Source of the DNA: Octopus vulgaris
Taxonomy: Eukaryota
Direction: 5' to 3'
DNA: 64,000 nucleotides
Assembly: GCA_951406725.2 (NCBI GenBank)
Contig: OX597823.1
Coordinates: 64,728,001-64,792,000, forward strand
The position numbers were made by a program, and so were the translations under genes. Of the stretch, positions 1 through 12,548 are shown piece by piece (the first letter of the stretch is position 1; each line of letters begins with the position of its first letter). The notes under the pieces were generated by a model. That model searched no databases and was not told the origin of the DNA. It saw nothing but the letters and a program-made list of their open reading frames with translations.

Positions 1-654
1 TTTTTTTTTTTTTTTTTTAGGAAAATAAATACCAGTCAAATATTGAGATTAATATAATCAATTATAGCCTGTGAAAATAGTGCCCTACAATGGCACCAGT
101 CCAACGTAGGAAACCAGTAACAGAACAAACAATTAAATGAGGAAACAAGCACAAAATGAATTTTGAAAGAGATCTGTAAAATGCTATTCAAGTAATTTCA
201 CAATGCAGATCTTTTATATCCATCTTGCCGATTGTTTTTCATTAGTTTGTTTCATATCAACTAAAGTGTCTGTTAATGCAATTTTAATATTGGCATAACA
301 ACAATAGCAGCAGCAGCAGCACCACCACCACCACAAATACACACACACACACACACATGTGCATGTATACAAATTAGCATACTCCCATACACACACACAC
401 ACTCACAAATGCATATTTGATTTGATTCTAATATTTGGGGTCAGTAGTCAGGAGTCTTTGTGATTATCGCCGTCGTCACCCCCCTGCCACTATTGCATCT
501 CACATGCACTCACAGAAGCACAGGGACACACTTGCACACACACACACACATGCATGCACATGTACACACAAACACACATGTACACACACACACATATGCA
601 CACAACACAAACTCAAAGAAGCCATCTAGATAACTGTTTCTAATACAGTCACTA

Positions 655-1440
655 AACAACATCACCACTCGTCATCATTGACATCATCATCGTTGTCATC
701 ATCGTCGTCATCATCATCATCATCATTATCCACACCATGACAACGATGATGACGACGACGACCACCACTACCACTACCACCACCTCCCCCCTTCTCCATC
801 TCTTCTGCATTGTTGTCAATATAATACTTGTCCATATCATTGTTATCATAATTACCGCTGTCCCTGTCACATCATCAATAGTCCTCGCTATTACTATTTC
901 AAATAACACCTCTACCGAAATACCCACTACCATCACCCCATCACCACTATACCCACCACCACTATCACTATCACCACCATGACCAACACCACCACCATCA
1001 CCACCACCACCACAACCACCATCCTCATCACCACTACCACTACTATCATTATTTCCACCACTACCACCACCACTACCACTACTATCAGCACAACCACCAC
1101 CACTATCACCACTACTATCACCACCACCACCACTATCACCAACACTACCACCACTATTACCACTGCTACCACCACCATTACCACTGCTACTACCACCACT
1201 ACCACCATTGCCAGCACCACCACCACTACCACTACTATCAGCATCACCACTACTACCTTCACTATCACCACCGACACCACCACTACCACCACTATCTCCC
1301 CCAGCACTACCATCATCACTGCTGCCACTGCTGCTGCCGCCACCACCACCACCACCACCACTACCACCACCATCACCATCGTCACTACTTCCGCTACTAC
1401 CAACACCACCACCACCACCGCCACCACCACCATCATCCTT
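655..1440. repeat. Degenerate (CAC/CAT/TAC)n trinucleotide low-complexity tract
   Basis: Directly visible. It generates the poly-Thr, poly-Gly, poly-Val and poly-Pro ORFs in several frames. Confidence 0.95.
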
Positions 1441-1454
1441 TCTCACAATCATTG

Positions 1455-1748
1455 GATAATTGGCTCACAATCATAACTTCATGAGTTCAATTTCTGGCAA
1501 CACGTGTCCTTGAGCAAGGCATTTTATTACACATTGCTCCAGTCCACTCAGCTGTCAAAAATGATTAGTACTTGTATTTCAGAGGGCCAGCCTTGTCATT
1601 CTGTGTCATGCTGAATCTCCCTGAGAAATATGTTAAGGGTACAAGTGTCTGTGAAGTGCTCAGCTACATGCATGTTAATTTCACAAACAGGCTGTTCCAT
1701 TGATCGAAGCAACTGGAACCATTGTCATCCTAATTGACAGAGTGCCAC

Positions 1749-1750
<2 letters not shown>
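1455..1750 (+). mobile_element. Degenerate tRNA-derived SINE (gtccttgagcaaggca...ccactcagctg core type)
   Basis: B-box-like gagttcaatt followed by the core motif, ending at a (TA)n tract. A related partial minus-strand copy lies near 57620-57690. Confidence 0.55.
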
Positions 1751-1798
<48 letters not shown>

Positions 1799-1853
1799 AA
1801 CATACACACACACACACACATCAATACTTGTTGGCCAAAGTTAATGCTTAATA

Positions 1854-2060
1854 AGGTGACGAGCTGGCAAAATCATTAGCGCCTCAGGTGGTTAGTGTTA
1901 TTTCACCTGTCACTATGTTCTGAGTTCAAATTCCATCGAAGTTGATTTTGCCTTTCATCCTTTTGGGGTTGATTAAATGAGTATCAGTTACATACTGGGG
2001 TTGATGCAGTCAACTTAATCCCCTCCCCCCAGTCTGCCCTTGTGGCAAAAATTTGAAATC
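1854..2060 (+). mobile_element. tRNA-derived SINE family B (gcctttcatcctttcggggtcgat core, resembling the Meta domain)
   Basis: gagctggcagaa head, gagttcaaattcc B box and conserved core. Further copies lie at about 4510-4750(-), 16290-16400(-), 17596-17800(+), 40845-41070(+), 61478-61645(+) and 62260-62400(+). Confidence 0.8.
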
Positions 2061-2330
2061 ATCATCATCATCATTTAGCGTCCGCTTTCCATGCTAGCAT
2101 GGGCTGGACGATTTGACTGAGGATTGGTGAACCAGATGGCTGCACTAGGCTCCAATCCGATCTGGCAGAGTTTCTACAGCTGGATGCCCTTCTTAACGCC
2201 AACCACTCCGAGAGTGTAGTGAGTGCTTTTACGTGCCACCAGCATGAGGGCCAGTCAGGCAGTACTGGCAACGGCCATGCTCAAAATGGTGTTTTTAACG
2301 TGCGAGCATGGCTATTGCCAGTACCGCCCA
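2060..2330 (-). mobile_element. 3' end of an RTE-clade LINE or partner SINE (family C) with (GAT)n tail
   Basis: Recurrent tttaacgtccgctttccatgctagcatggg...ctggatgcccttcctaacgccaaccact motif beside (CAT)n. Longer copies at 36680 and 63080 extend into RTE RT coding sequence. Confidence 0.8.
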
Positions 2331-2704
2331 GAGAGGAACTGACCGGCCCAAATGAACAGACCTGCCCAGAGATGAACTGCAATAACAGTCACAAAAGCAA
2401 CAACTGGGCAATAGCAAAGTTGACATCAAAAGCAACAACAACAATTATAATATAATTATGTTAATTGAATACTAATTAGAATAGCAGTAATAATTACAAC
2501 AAAAGAAAACATGCCACCAACAAAAGCAACGCCAACAATTATGACATCAAGAACAAGAACAATAACAGCATCAAGATACATCAACAGCAACAAGATCAAC
2601 TACAGCATCAACAGCAACAATGATAATGATACCATCACCAACAGCAAAAACAGTGACAGCTACATCAATTGTGTATTAATTAGAAGAAAAGAGATATGTA
2701 GTCG

Positions 2705-3066
2705 ATATTAGCAAATAGTAAAGGAAACCAATAGACGTCTTGTTATAAGTCTTCACAGATTGCAAGTTATCATGGAGAATTAATTCATTGATTTATCAGA
2801 GAAAGTTGTTGTTACTGAAATGTTTAGGATGTGAAACTATCATGGATTACCCAAATGGAATTGACATTAGTAATGCTGGAAATGTTTTAGTCATGGTAAC
2901 TGCTTTCATTAGTTGCTAAACTATAATCTGACAAAGTTTCTAATTGCAGAATTTCAATGCTTTTACCTCAAAGTCAGCTATTGTTGTTTCATTAAACCAT
3001 ATGAAGGTTACAGAATTATATTTACCAAAAGTGACCAAAATGTACTTATTCTAGATGCTTCATACC
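2705..3066 (+). pseudogene. mei-P26: Decayed C-terminal NHL-repeat fragment of a mei-P26/NHL-2-like TRIM-NHL gene
   Basis: Translated pieces GELIH*F, LGCETIMDYPNGIDISNAGNVL, SHGNCFH and AEFQCFYLKVSYCC..YEGY....KSDQNVLILD match in order the recalled mei-P26 motifs GELVRWF, FPNGIDISNAGDVL, SHGNRFH and [23 protein letters not shown]...KNNHHVLVLN. Stops, frameshifts and deletions are present. Confidence 0.8.
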
Positions 3067-3104
3067 CTTTACTTGTTTCAGTAAAACAAAAAAAAAACTG
3101 CGAC

Positions 3105-3415
3105 CAAACTGGGGCAGTGCCTTGAAGAATTTTTAGTTGAATGAATAAACCCCAGTATTTATCTTTTAAAGCCTGGTGCTTATTCTATTGGTCCCTTTTG
3201 GTGAACCATTAAGTTACAGGGATGTAAACACATCAGTGCCACACACACACACACACACACATGTCAGGATTCCTTCGGTTTTTGTCTATCAAATGCACTC
3301 ATAAGGCTTTAGTCAGCCTGATGCTATAGTAGAAGACACTTGCCCAAGGTGCCACATAGTGGGACTGAACCCTGAACCATGTGGTTGGGGAGCAAGTTTC
3401 TTACCACACAGCTAC
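3105..3415 (-). mobile_element. tRNA-derived SINE family A
   Basis: Reverse complement of the family A head (gaagacacttgcccaaggtgcc...gggactgaacc) plus the 3' module. Confidence 0.8.
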
Positions 3416-3672
3416 TAATGATTATTATAAATGTATGTTATTTTATATATTACAAAGATTTATAAACTTTTAGATCAGTTCAAATATGTTTGTAACATAT
3501 TTGATCTGCATAAAGGGCCACTATCACTGCAGTTTGCTATGGAGACATTTTCTTGCTTTGGACAACAGGTGATAAAACACTAAAAAGCATTTCTGAGCAT
3601 CCTTTGTGGACCAATGAATGCATTTCAAGCTTCTGAGCTACAAAGATTTATATTTCATTACTTTGTATCATG

Positions 3673-4045
3673 TACAAGAGGATGCTGAAAAGTTCCTGGC
3701 TTTGGGTAAAAGAAAATATAGGAGGATTAGTTAATTATGATTTTATGTTAGGAAGGGCATGGCGTTAGGAAGGGCATCCAGCCATAGAAACATTGCCAGA
3801 TCAGACTGGGCCTGGTGCAGCCTTCTGGCTTCCCAGACCCCAGTTGAACCATCCAACCCATGCTAGCATGTAAAGCTGACGTTAAACGATGATGATGGTG
3901 ATGATGATTCTCCTCTCAGATTCACACACTTACTGCAGCAGTCCTTCAGATTTTCTAAGCCCTGTAAAAGAACTTGGAAGGTTGTGCTTTCAACCAGGCC
4001 TTTCACGATACTCTTACAGTCAGGAACTTTTCAGAACCCTTTGTA
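3673..4045. mobile_element. Mariner-derived MITE interrupted by a family C insertion (about 3746-3908)
   Basis: Inverted ends tacaagaggatgctgaaaagttcctg and caggaacttttcagaaccctttgta with TA termini. A related half copy lies at about 62760-62880. Confidence 0.65.
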
Positions 4046-5709
4046 TGTTTATACGAATTTGTGTTGTGCTAAGTTAACTTTGATATTTGTCAGCTATGAT
4101 TGATTAGCAGACCAATGATCAAAGATATTCTTATTGTGACCACTGCATCAATTTAAAGTAGCTGTAGAATCATTATCTAGGACTTCATTATAGGCTGACC
4201 ATGCATCTGTACATGTGTGTGCAGTTTTACATAATAGCTCTCAAGCAAACAGTCAGCTGCCCATGCATGTATGTTTCTTCTCTCCATGGCAACGATGTTT
4301 ATCTAAAGGATCTAAAGATTGCTGACCTAATATAATACAACTTAGCACCAGAACTGTCTCTGGTATTGCTGTTAGATTGCAAAGTGCTGGAATAGATACT
4401 ACAAGGTATCTGTTTTGATACTCTAATATTTCTGCCAATTCACCACCTTGGAGTTGGTACTTTGATATCATCCTCAAAAGGTTGAAAAGCTGACTGCAAT
4501 AAGATTGGAACTCAGAGTACAAAGCAACTGGACGAATGTTGGTTTCAAATTTTGGCACAAGATCAGCAGGTTTGAGGGAAGGAGTCTAAGTTGATTAAAT
4601 CAAACCATGTGTTCAACTGATAGTTATTTTATCAACCCCTAAAGAATGAAAAGCAAAGTCAACCCTGGCAGGATTTAAACTCAGAATGTAAAAACAGATA
4701 AAATACCACAAGTGTTTCACCTGGTATGCAAATGATTCTGCCACCTCACCACGTTCATTGGGACAAATACTGCAAGACATGCTATCCAAGCTCTACTCCT
4801 GCTGCCAGAAACACAGTATTATCTAATGTATTTTTCCTTCTTTTTCTTCTTTTGATTTTTTTTTTCCCAGACAACAGCGTGCAGTCTGACATAAAATTTA
4901 GTCTGCAATTTCTAGTAGGCCATATACCTACATAGATGACCAACTCAGATCATTTGTTTGTTTTTTTTTAATTTTAATTTCTTTTTATTTTGATATCTGA
5001 TAAAATTGTAGTTGCTTATGACTCACTGTGGTGAACTTTATCTTTCATCTTTGTGGAGGTCAGTAAAATAAAATACAAGTCATAGCATCGCCTTAATCCC
5101 CTCCCTTTAAAATTGCTGGCTTTACACCTAAATCAGAATATTCATAACAGTCACCTTTCTTGCATACACTGTTTCTTCTGATGCTGAGTTCCTTTGTCAG
5201 TTTTCTTGTTCTCTGCTCTCAGGGCATAGCCATCCTTCTATAGTTATTTCATATCTTATTGCCTTGCTTCGCTTCACTACAAAGCTTTGAGAGAAATTAG
5301 AGAGAAAAGGATGGAGAAAGAGCGTAAAATGAAATATTGCATGAATAATGGGAATTGGTGATGACTCTTTCATCAATAAGGTGATCGTCACAAACACATT
5401 ATGTATTAGCACCTTCATAAACCCAAGCTTTTCATGTTGCCTGGACTAATTCTCAAAGCCTAATTGATGACGGTGTTTGCAGCTTTAAGATGCTTGTAGT
5501 ACTGTTCTCATTGATGAATACAAAAAAAAAAAAACCAATGCCTAAGGAAAAAAACACCTAAGGAAAAAAAAAACATATAAGATAGCAGGAAGTGATGCAA
5601 GTTGATGTGTGCAATGTTTCTTTTTAAATTACCATAGGAGTAATCAACTTCACCTGAACAATTTCTTAATTAAATCAATCACATTATGATTGATTTTTTT
5701 TTTTTCTAG

Positions 5710-5794
5710 TTATGATTGGCACTGGCAGCATGCAGACAGTGAATTTATAGAAGTATGTTCCAAAAGTGGGAGAGTGTTGGCAAATGAATTACAG
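5710..5794 (+). CDS. CFAP65: Internal coding exon (85 nt) of a CFAP65/CCDC108-like ASH-domain ciliary protein: (x)YDWHWQHADSEFIEVCSKSGRVLANELQ
   Basis: Long poly-T tract plus ctag acceptor and CAG|gtatgt donor, with one clean frame ending in phase 0. The peptide resembles the recalled human CFAP65 segment FEWRVSEQHRKLLAVQPSRGLIQPNERL and joins in frame to the exon at 26656. Confidence 0.65.
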
Positions 5795-5928
5795 GTATGT
5801 TCTTTTCTCCTTTGTTTCCTGACTGTTATATCTTTAAGCTAACAGTTGTAGTCGGAGGACATGGATTTGAAAGGATCAAAGTTCTCTTCATTAAGGGTTA
5901 GGGTTATGATAGGAGACATTCTTAAGAT

Positions 5929-6242
5929 CAATGTTTCTCAATCATTTTTTTTATCTATTGACCCCTTTGATTACTATTTTATTCTGGTGGACACCCATAA
6001 TTTTATAGAAGCTTTTTTCAAAATTCCCATTTTGCTTTTCACAGTAAATTGTGTGGGCTGAACTATGTAAAATGTTAGATAATGTTACCTGTTTCTTGCA
6101 ATACATAGATTTAAAGAAACTTTTTTTCAGAGTCCTTAGAATACTTTTGTGGATCCTCAATTTGCTATTTTGTTGCATGGACCCCTGTCAAAATCTTATA
6201 TAGACCTCAGAGGCCATATTGATCCCCCATTGAAAACCACTG
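5929..6242. mobile_element. hAT (Charlie-like) MITE
   Basis: Ends caatgtttctcaa and ttgaaaaccactg resemble CAGTGGTTCTCAA TIRs. An opposite-orientation relative at about 41310-41585 shares internal sequence. Confidence 0.6.
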
Positions 6243-6263
6243 GTTTAGGTAGAGAACATACCA

Positions 6264-6690
6264 CTCTAGTGGGTGGGAGTTATTGCTCGTATGGACTGTA
6301 ACCAAATACAAACAATACTCTTTTATAGGAAGCTAGCGCATAGCTGTCATTCATAAAGAGAGCAAAATAATAGATATGAGGACATCTTGAAATCCCACTT
6401 CAAATCATGTGATATCTTCACAGATGATTGGGAAGGTCTGTACTTATTCACTTCAAAGTGGTAACCAAAAAGTTATATCTGAATAAAGGGCTTTGAACAC
6501 TGCCCTATTAATCAGTTACATGACTGTCATACATCTTACCATGCCAAAATTCTAGACAAACTCATCATATGTAACAAATACATCTGTTTGGTCTCTCAGC
6601 ATCAACGCCAGAGACAGATATGTCTAGTTATTTGTTGCTGATGTTAAGGCAACAAAAAAATTTAGTGGATAGACAAAGTGGATTCATGAG
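6264..6690 (+). mobile_element. RTE/BovB-type LINE ORF2 C-terminal relic
   Basis: Translates as L*WVGVIARMD...LFYRKL...REQNNRYEDILK..FKSCDI.TDDWE.L....KW, matching the RTE motif LRWAGHVARM...LFYGEL...GGQ.KRYKD.LK...C.I....WE.LA.DR..W. Confidence 0.75.
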
Positions 6691-7047
6691 GTCATGATGA
6701 CTTAGTTCGTTATTATATTGCTTGTGTAAGTGTGGATATATATACATGTTGTGTCTGTGTCCATGTCAGAGTGTATACACTTGTCTGAGTGTATGTGTGT
6801 CTCTTTTGGAACTTGATTTAAATTTCATGATAAAAATTGAAATTATTAAAATTCCTATCTGTTATTTTAATTGTGAATGATAAGTGAATGTATTTTAACT
6901 TCATCTGTTTTTCCTGTTTATACAAATTTGCTTCCCCCATTTTTCTTACCCTCACTCTATGTGAGTGTGTGTGTGTTTGTGTGCACGTGTATATACACAT
7001 ACACACATAAATACATATTCACACACACATATATTTATATATATGTA

Positions 7048-7220
7048 GGGGCAGGAGTGGTTGTATGGTAAGAAACTTGCTTCTCAGCCACATGGTTCCT
7101 GGTTCAGTTCCACTGCATGGCACTTTGGGCAAATGTTTCTACTATACCCTTGGGCTGACTGGAGCCTTGTGAGTGAATTTGGTAGACAGAAACTAAAAAA
7201 AGCCCATTGTATATATATGT

Positions 7221-7288
<68 letters not shown>

Positions 7289-7546
7289 TATATATATATA
7301 TACTATATATATGTGTGTGTGTGTGTGTGTATGTATTTGTGTGTCTGTGTTTGTCCCCCACCATCGCTTGATAACTGATGTTGGTGTGTTCACATCCCTA
7401 TAACTTAGCAGTGTGGCAAAAGAGACCAATAGAATAAGTACTAGGCTTACAAAGAATAAGTCCTGGGGTCAATTTGCTAAAGGTGGTGCTTCAGCATGGC
7501 CACAGTCAAATGACTGATATAAGTAAGAGAATAAAAGAATAAAAGA
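7048..7546 (+). mobile_element. Full-length tRNA-derived SINE family A with an internal (TA)n/(GA)n/(TG)n microsatellite
   Basis: gcaggagtggttgtatggtaag A-box region, ggttcagttcc B box, internal microsatellite, and a 3' module ending cagcatggccacagtcaaatgactg...(aataaaag)n. Confidence 0.85.
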
Positions 7547-7854
7547 ATGTATTCATATGCATACATACTTACATATATATATATCTATACACACACACAC
7601 ACACACACACACATGTGGATATATGTGTGTGTATATATAAATATATATACATATATATGTGTATATATATCTGTATATATATACATACTTATATATGTAT
7701 ATATACATATATTTATGTATGTATATATATATATATACGCACACACACACACATATATATATATACGTACATAAAATGTGAGTATGTGTGTGTATTTATG
7801 TATATATGTATGTATGTGTGTATGTATGTATGTATGTATGTATGTATGTATGGA

Positions 7855-7916
<62 letters not shown>

Positions 7917-7940
7917 GGTATGTATGTATGGATGGATGTG
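7547..7940. repeat. Compound (TA)n/(CA)n/(TATG)n microsatellite field
   Basis: Directly visible. Similar fields lie at 21620-22470, 37410-38040, 58240-58540 and 60130-60340. Confidence 0.95.
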
Positions 7941-8587
7941 CATGTGTTCTGCAGCATTTTAATCTATGTTTCTTCTAGTTCACTGAGTTTCTTGAAACAT
8001 TTTTTATTTTCTCTTCTGAAAACAATTAGATTAAAAGTTTGAGAAAATAATTGATTGTGATCATTAAAACACAGTTCACAATAACTTACTCTTTGATTAT
8101 ATATCATTAACAGCAAAAAAAATGGAAGCCTTTGCACACTTCTCCATCTGACTGTGTCCTTCAGAGAATTGGAAGGAATAATTTTTTTTCCCATTGAATA
8201 TATCTTTAATTCAACCGTTATTTTCTGATCATGTATTCTTCTGAGAGAGAATTCTTTTTAAAGTTGCAGTCTACATGTTCTTGCGTCAAGCAATTAGAGA
8301 AAGATATCTTTTTATTTATTTATTTATTTATTTATTTATTATTTAGAAAAATTTTTTTGGAAAGTTTTATTTCTACCGGGATTACATCTTTGCCGAAATA
8401 TGATTTTAAAAGGTTGGAATGACATCAAAATATAAAGATATTATGAATGTCATATTGAAATTAGTAAAATGAACCACAAGAGTGAAGGTTGTGGTTGATA
8501 TTGTTATTGTTGTCATCATCATCTGTTGTCTGTGATTGCTGTCATCATTGTCCTTATCATTGATGTTTCAGCATAAATCTACTTTAA

Positions 8588-8809
8588 CCCTTTCATTTCC
8601 GTATTTATTTTGTGATGCTCTGTATTTCTTTCAATTAATTTTAAATATAACAAAGAATTTAGTAAAATAACTTACTTATCGTTAAGCTAGTGTTAGGAAC
8701 ATAAATTGTGACTAAGGTTTGATGGAAGATTTTAATTCAGAACTTTTGAAAACAAGACATTTGTACTGCAGAGCCAGAGCTGGTTTCAGCCGTGTTGGTA
8801 TCAAAAGGG
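8588..8809. mobile_element. piggyBac-type MITE
   Basis: TTAA|CCCTTT...AAAGGG|TTAA, with TTAA target duplications at 8584-8587 and 8810-8813. Confidence 0.8.
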
Positions 8810-9469
8810 TTAAAAAAGTGGCTGACTTCTATCATGCAGTTAGCTGGTTGAACAAGCTTGTGTGATCCACAAATCTGTTGCCAAGGCACCATTTGGATAT
8901 AATTATATATATATGAAGTTTTACTACTAACTCTAGCAGCTCATGTAAATGTTCCTTCCTTTACCATTGCTTTTACAGAAGCATCTCGCTCTAACTTGAT
9001 AGAGTGTATCATGGGCAAGTCAGCCTCATGGGATCCATGTAACTCCAAGCTTTTCCCCTACCCAACTTCACTTTACCCAAGAGGAATTCAGCACATTGTT
9101 ATAATCCAACAAAAATTTTACCAAGGAACCAGGAAGCAAAGGATCTGCCTTGTCATTTGACCTTGTGAAAATTGCTGTCAAATCTCTTATCCATCCATCC
9201 AAGTTGGGCAACTTACCTGGATCAAAGGATCCCTTCCATGTCAGACACTCCAATTGAATAATAAGACATGAGCATCTGTTTTAGGTTTTAACCTCACTGA
9301 CCTTTCATCTGCTGAGAATATCTCATCTGTGCACACCATGTCTACAGATGATAGCAATAGTTCTCTAACTGAACTGACTGACACTGGCTTGTCTGTTCAT
9401 CTCATTTATTTTTTTCAGCACCTGTGTTCAACTCCATTTATTTACTTATATGTATACATATATATATAT

Positions 9470-9750
9470 CATCATCATCATCATCATCATCGTCGTTGAA
9501 CGTCCGTTTTTCATGCTAGCATGGGTTGGACAGTTTGACCGGGGTCTGGGAAGCCAGGAGGCTGCACCAGGCTCCAGTCTGATCTGGCAGTGTTTCTACA
9601 GCTGGATGCCCTTCCTAACGTCAACCACTCCATGAGTATAGTGGATGCTTTTTATGTGCCACTGGCACAGGGGCCAGAGGGGGCTGGCAATGGCCACAAT
9701 CGGTTGGTGCATTTTACATGCCACCGGCACAGAAGCCAGTCAAGGCGCTT
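9470..9750 (-). mobile_element. Family C (RTE-type 3' end) copy
   Basis: Same motif as 2060-2330. Other copies lie at 10650-10780(-), 15450-15820(+), 25446-25765(-), 29930-30090(+) and 47253-47575(-). Confidence 0.8.
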
Positions 9751-9958
9751 GGGTATACACCTCATAGTATATTGATTAAAGCACTTTCACTGTCTATGGC
9801 TACCTGATATCAACCACAGAATTGATATGAATACCACAAGATCTACCTCAGTAATTCTTTAGTGTTCGTTGAGTATACTATAAATGAGAGAAGCAGAAAA
9901 TGGAGAAACAAATTAATAAAGAATCTTTTGAATTCCATTTCCTGCTTCTTGCATTTGT

Positions 9959-10012
<54 letters not shown>

Positions 10013-10839
10013 TGTGTGTGTGTGTGTATGTGTGTGTGTATGTGTGTGTATGTGTATATATGCACACATGTTTACATCGCTGAACTGTGGCCACACAAGA
10101 GCAGTGCCTGGAAGGCCTTTTTCATCAAATAATTGATCTCACTTCTTATTTTCATAAATAGGAGGTGCCTTAGTTTACGTAATAAATATCTGTATGATAT
10201 CTAGTTTGCCTATATGAAGTAGTAATCAGTATTCCCAATACACAACACTACGTACTTGAAAATTCTTGCAATACATTTTAGATGGAAAAACTATATGTAA
10301 CTTAAGTCTTGATTCATATAAAGAAAAAATACGATCAGCCTCTCAAGTAAGTTCTACATATCTATTATATATAAATTATATATGAATTAGTGACCAGTAA
10401 TTGTATGTAATACCTGAAACATGCTAATTCCTAGTCGACCTAAGGCCAGTATTTTTTAAAAATATACTTCTACTTAATTAAAGGCCTAGTATTCTTGATT
10501 TGAAATTCAAACCATGGGTTCACATAGGGTGAACTGAATAGCAGTTTTTATAGCTTATCAGGTTTCCAAATCCTCCTCTCATATCCCTTGCATTCAAAAA
10601 CTATAGTCACCTACTGAATATAATGCTAGCTAAATCTGGTTCTAGCACAGTTGAGGTTAGTTTTGGCATGATTTTTACAGCTGGATGCCCTTCGAAATGC
10701 CAACCACTTTACAGTGTGGACTGGATGCTTTTTATGTGGCATCACAACTGGTAGGGTCACCAAGTAGCTCGCAAGACAAGTAATTTTGAGATGGGCAGGG
10801 GCATTTGAAGAGGAGGACTTATGTCAGAGGGTGAAAGGT

Positions 10840-11250
10840 TAGAGGGTGACAGAGAGATGGAGAAGCAGAAGCAGGTGTCTTGATATAATGGAGGGGACAT
10901 TGGGGGAGGTGATCCGATATTAGATGATGCAAGGTTAGAGTGTAGTAGAGAAATAGAGAGGCAGAAATAGGTATCTTGCTATAGAGGAGGTACATGGTTA
11001 CCTAGTGAGTGAGAGAGAGAGAAGAGAGAAAGAGAGGGAGAGGGAGAGGAAGTGAGAGGGAGAAAGATGTACAAGAAAGAAGACAGAAACAGGTGTGTTG
11101 ATATAAAGGAGATACTTATCTTGTCAGAGGCAAAACAACAGAAGGAGAGAGAGAGTGATCAAAATTGAGGGCAGAAATAGGTGTACTGCTGTAGAGGAGA
11201 TACATGGCTACCCAGCCAGAGGGAAGAGCAAGGGGAAGAGAGATAGAGTA
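10840..11250. repeat. Purine-rich degenerate tandem repeat with about 100-bp period
   Basis: Four copies of a gcagaaaYaggtgtcttgctatagaggag core at about 10865, 10960, 11083 and 11170, separated by (GA)-rich spacers. Confidence 0.7.
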
Positions 11251-11263
11251 GTAAACATATATA

Positions 11264-12548
11264 TCAGGTCATTAAGAATGAAATGTCCGATTTTGAACTG
11301 AAAGTTTATTTTAATTTATCACAACAAAGAGCAATGCAGTTAATCAAAGTATGCACCTAAATTATCAACACAATTTTGCCATTTTATTGGTAGCTTATTT
11401 ATGCCTGCAGCGAAGAATTCTGGAGAGCAAGAGGTGAGGAAATCATGAAAGGCTGTTTTTGCATCTTCTTCAGATTTGAAGTTTTTTCCTTGCAAAAAGT
11501 TGTCTAATGCCTGGAAAACATGATAGTCAGTTGATGAAAGGTCTGGTGAATATGATGGATAACAGAGTACTTCCAAGATCAGTTCCTGTAACTTGTGTGG
11601 CGTTTTTTGTGCAACATGTGGTTGAGCATTGTCTCGCAAGAGAATTGGCCTGTTTCTATTGACCAATCACTGTTGCTTAATTGCAAGTTCACTCGTCATT
11701 TCATTCAGTTGGATAATGTATATATCTATTGTAATTGTTTTGCCAGGTCTCATGAATGTGTAGTGGATGACACCACCATGGGACCACCAAACAGACATCA
11801 TTAGCTTTGTTTGGTGAATATTCTTGTTTGGATTGTATTTTGGCACTTCATCTCTATCCAGCCATTGTGCACAGTGCTTGCTATTGTTGAAAAGAATCCA
11901 TTTCTCATCATATATAACAATACGGTGCAAAAATGGTTCACTTTTATGCTGTGACATCAAAGAACAGCAAGTTTCACGATGACATGTCATTTGATGCTCG
12001 TTCAATTTGTGTGGCACTGACTTGTCCAGCTTCTTTACCTTGCCGATTTCTTTCAGAATGGTCCAATACAGTTGGAATCGGAACATCAAACGTTGCTGCT
12101 AACTCACATGTAGTTTGAGATGTATCCATTTCCACTACAGTTTCCAGCTCATCATTATTCACCCTGGACTCAAGTCTACCATGGGTCTAATTTTTCAAGA
12201 ATAAAGTCACCAGACCAGAACTTCTCAAACCATTGTCATACAGTGTGCTCATCTACCACATCTTCACCAAATACCTCATTATTCTTTTGAGCTGTCTGGG
12301 ATGCATTGGTTCTGCAACGGAACTCATATTCATAAACAACATGAATTTTTTATCTATCCATGGGTTCCCAAAAAATGATTTACAAGAGAAAACTCACAAT
12401 ATAATCAGACACCAAATTGCATTTCGAAAAGTGATGATATAATTCTTCAATGTTGTAAAACAAAGAATTGTCAGGATAAAACATTAGAGTTAACAACGTT
12501 CAAACTTGGTGCATAAGAAAACCGGATATTTCATTCTTAATGACATGA
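11264..12548 (-). mobile_element. Full-length defective mariner (Tc1/mariner, DD34D) transposon
   Basis: TIRs tcaggtcattaagaatgaaatgtccg and cggatatttcattcttaatgacatga flanked by TA. Frameshifted transposase carries VPHKL, DEKW, DNAQPH and YSPDL motifs. Confidence 0.95.

Noticed and set aside
652-1476. Long Gly-, Thr-, Val- and Pro-rich ORFs resembling mucin or glycine-rich proteins
   Set aside because: They are open in several frames on both strands because the DNA is a stop-poor (CAC/CAT)n tract. No splice or domain evidence.
3474-3568. Exon-like segment QFKYVCNIFDLHKGPLSLQFAMETFSCFGQQ between ttttag and gtgata
   Set aside because: Weak donor, and its phase-0 end is incompatible with the 5710 exon. 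No recognisable match to the expected upstream CFAP65 sequence. RNA-seq junctions could rescue it.
4872-4955. Strong polypyrimidine tract plus cag acceptor
   Set aside because: All three downstream frames hit stops within about 22 codons and no good donor follows.
8960-9430. Minus-strand protein-like text (YYSIGVSDMEG...AQLGW) suggesting an L1/Tx1 relic
   Set aside because: Many stops and no diagnostic RT motif, so it cannot be assigned by eye.
10530-10565. Possible hammerhead remnant on the minus strand (ctgataagctataaaaactgct)
   Set aside because: Both core halves are mutated and the stems are unconvincing.
10840-11250. Repeat-spacer pattern superficially like a CRISPR array
   Set aside because: Eukaryotic context, degenerate repeats, low-complexity (GA) spacers of uneven length and no cas genes.
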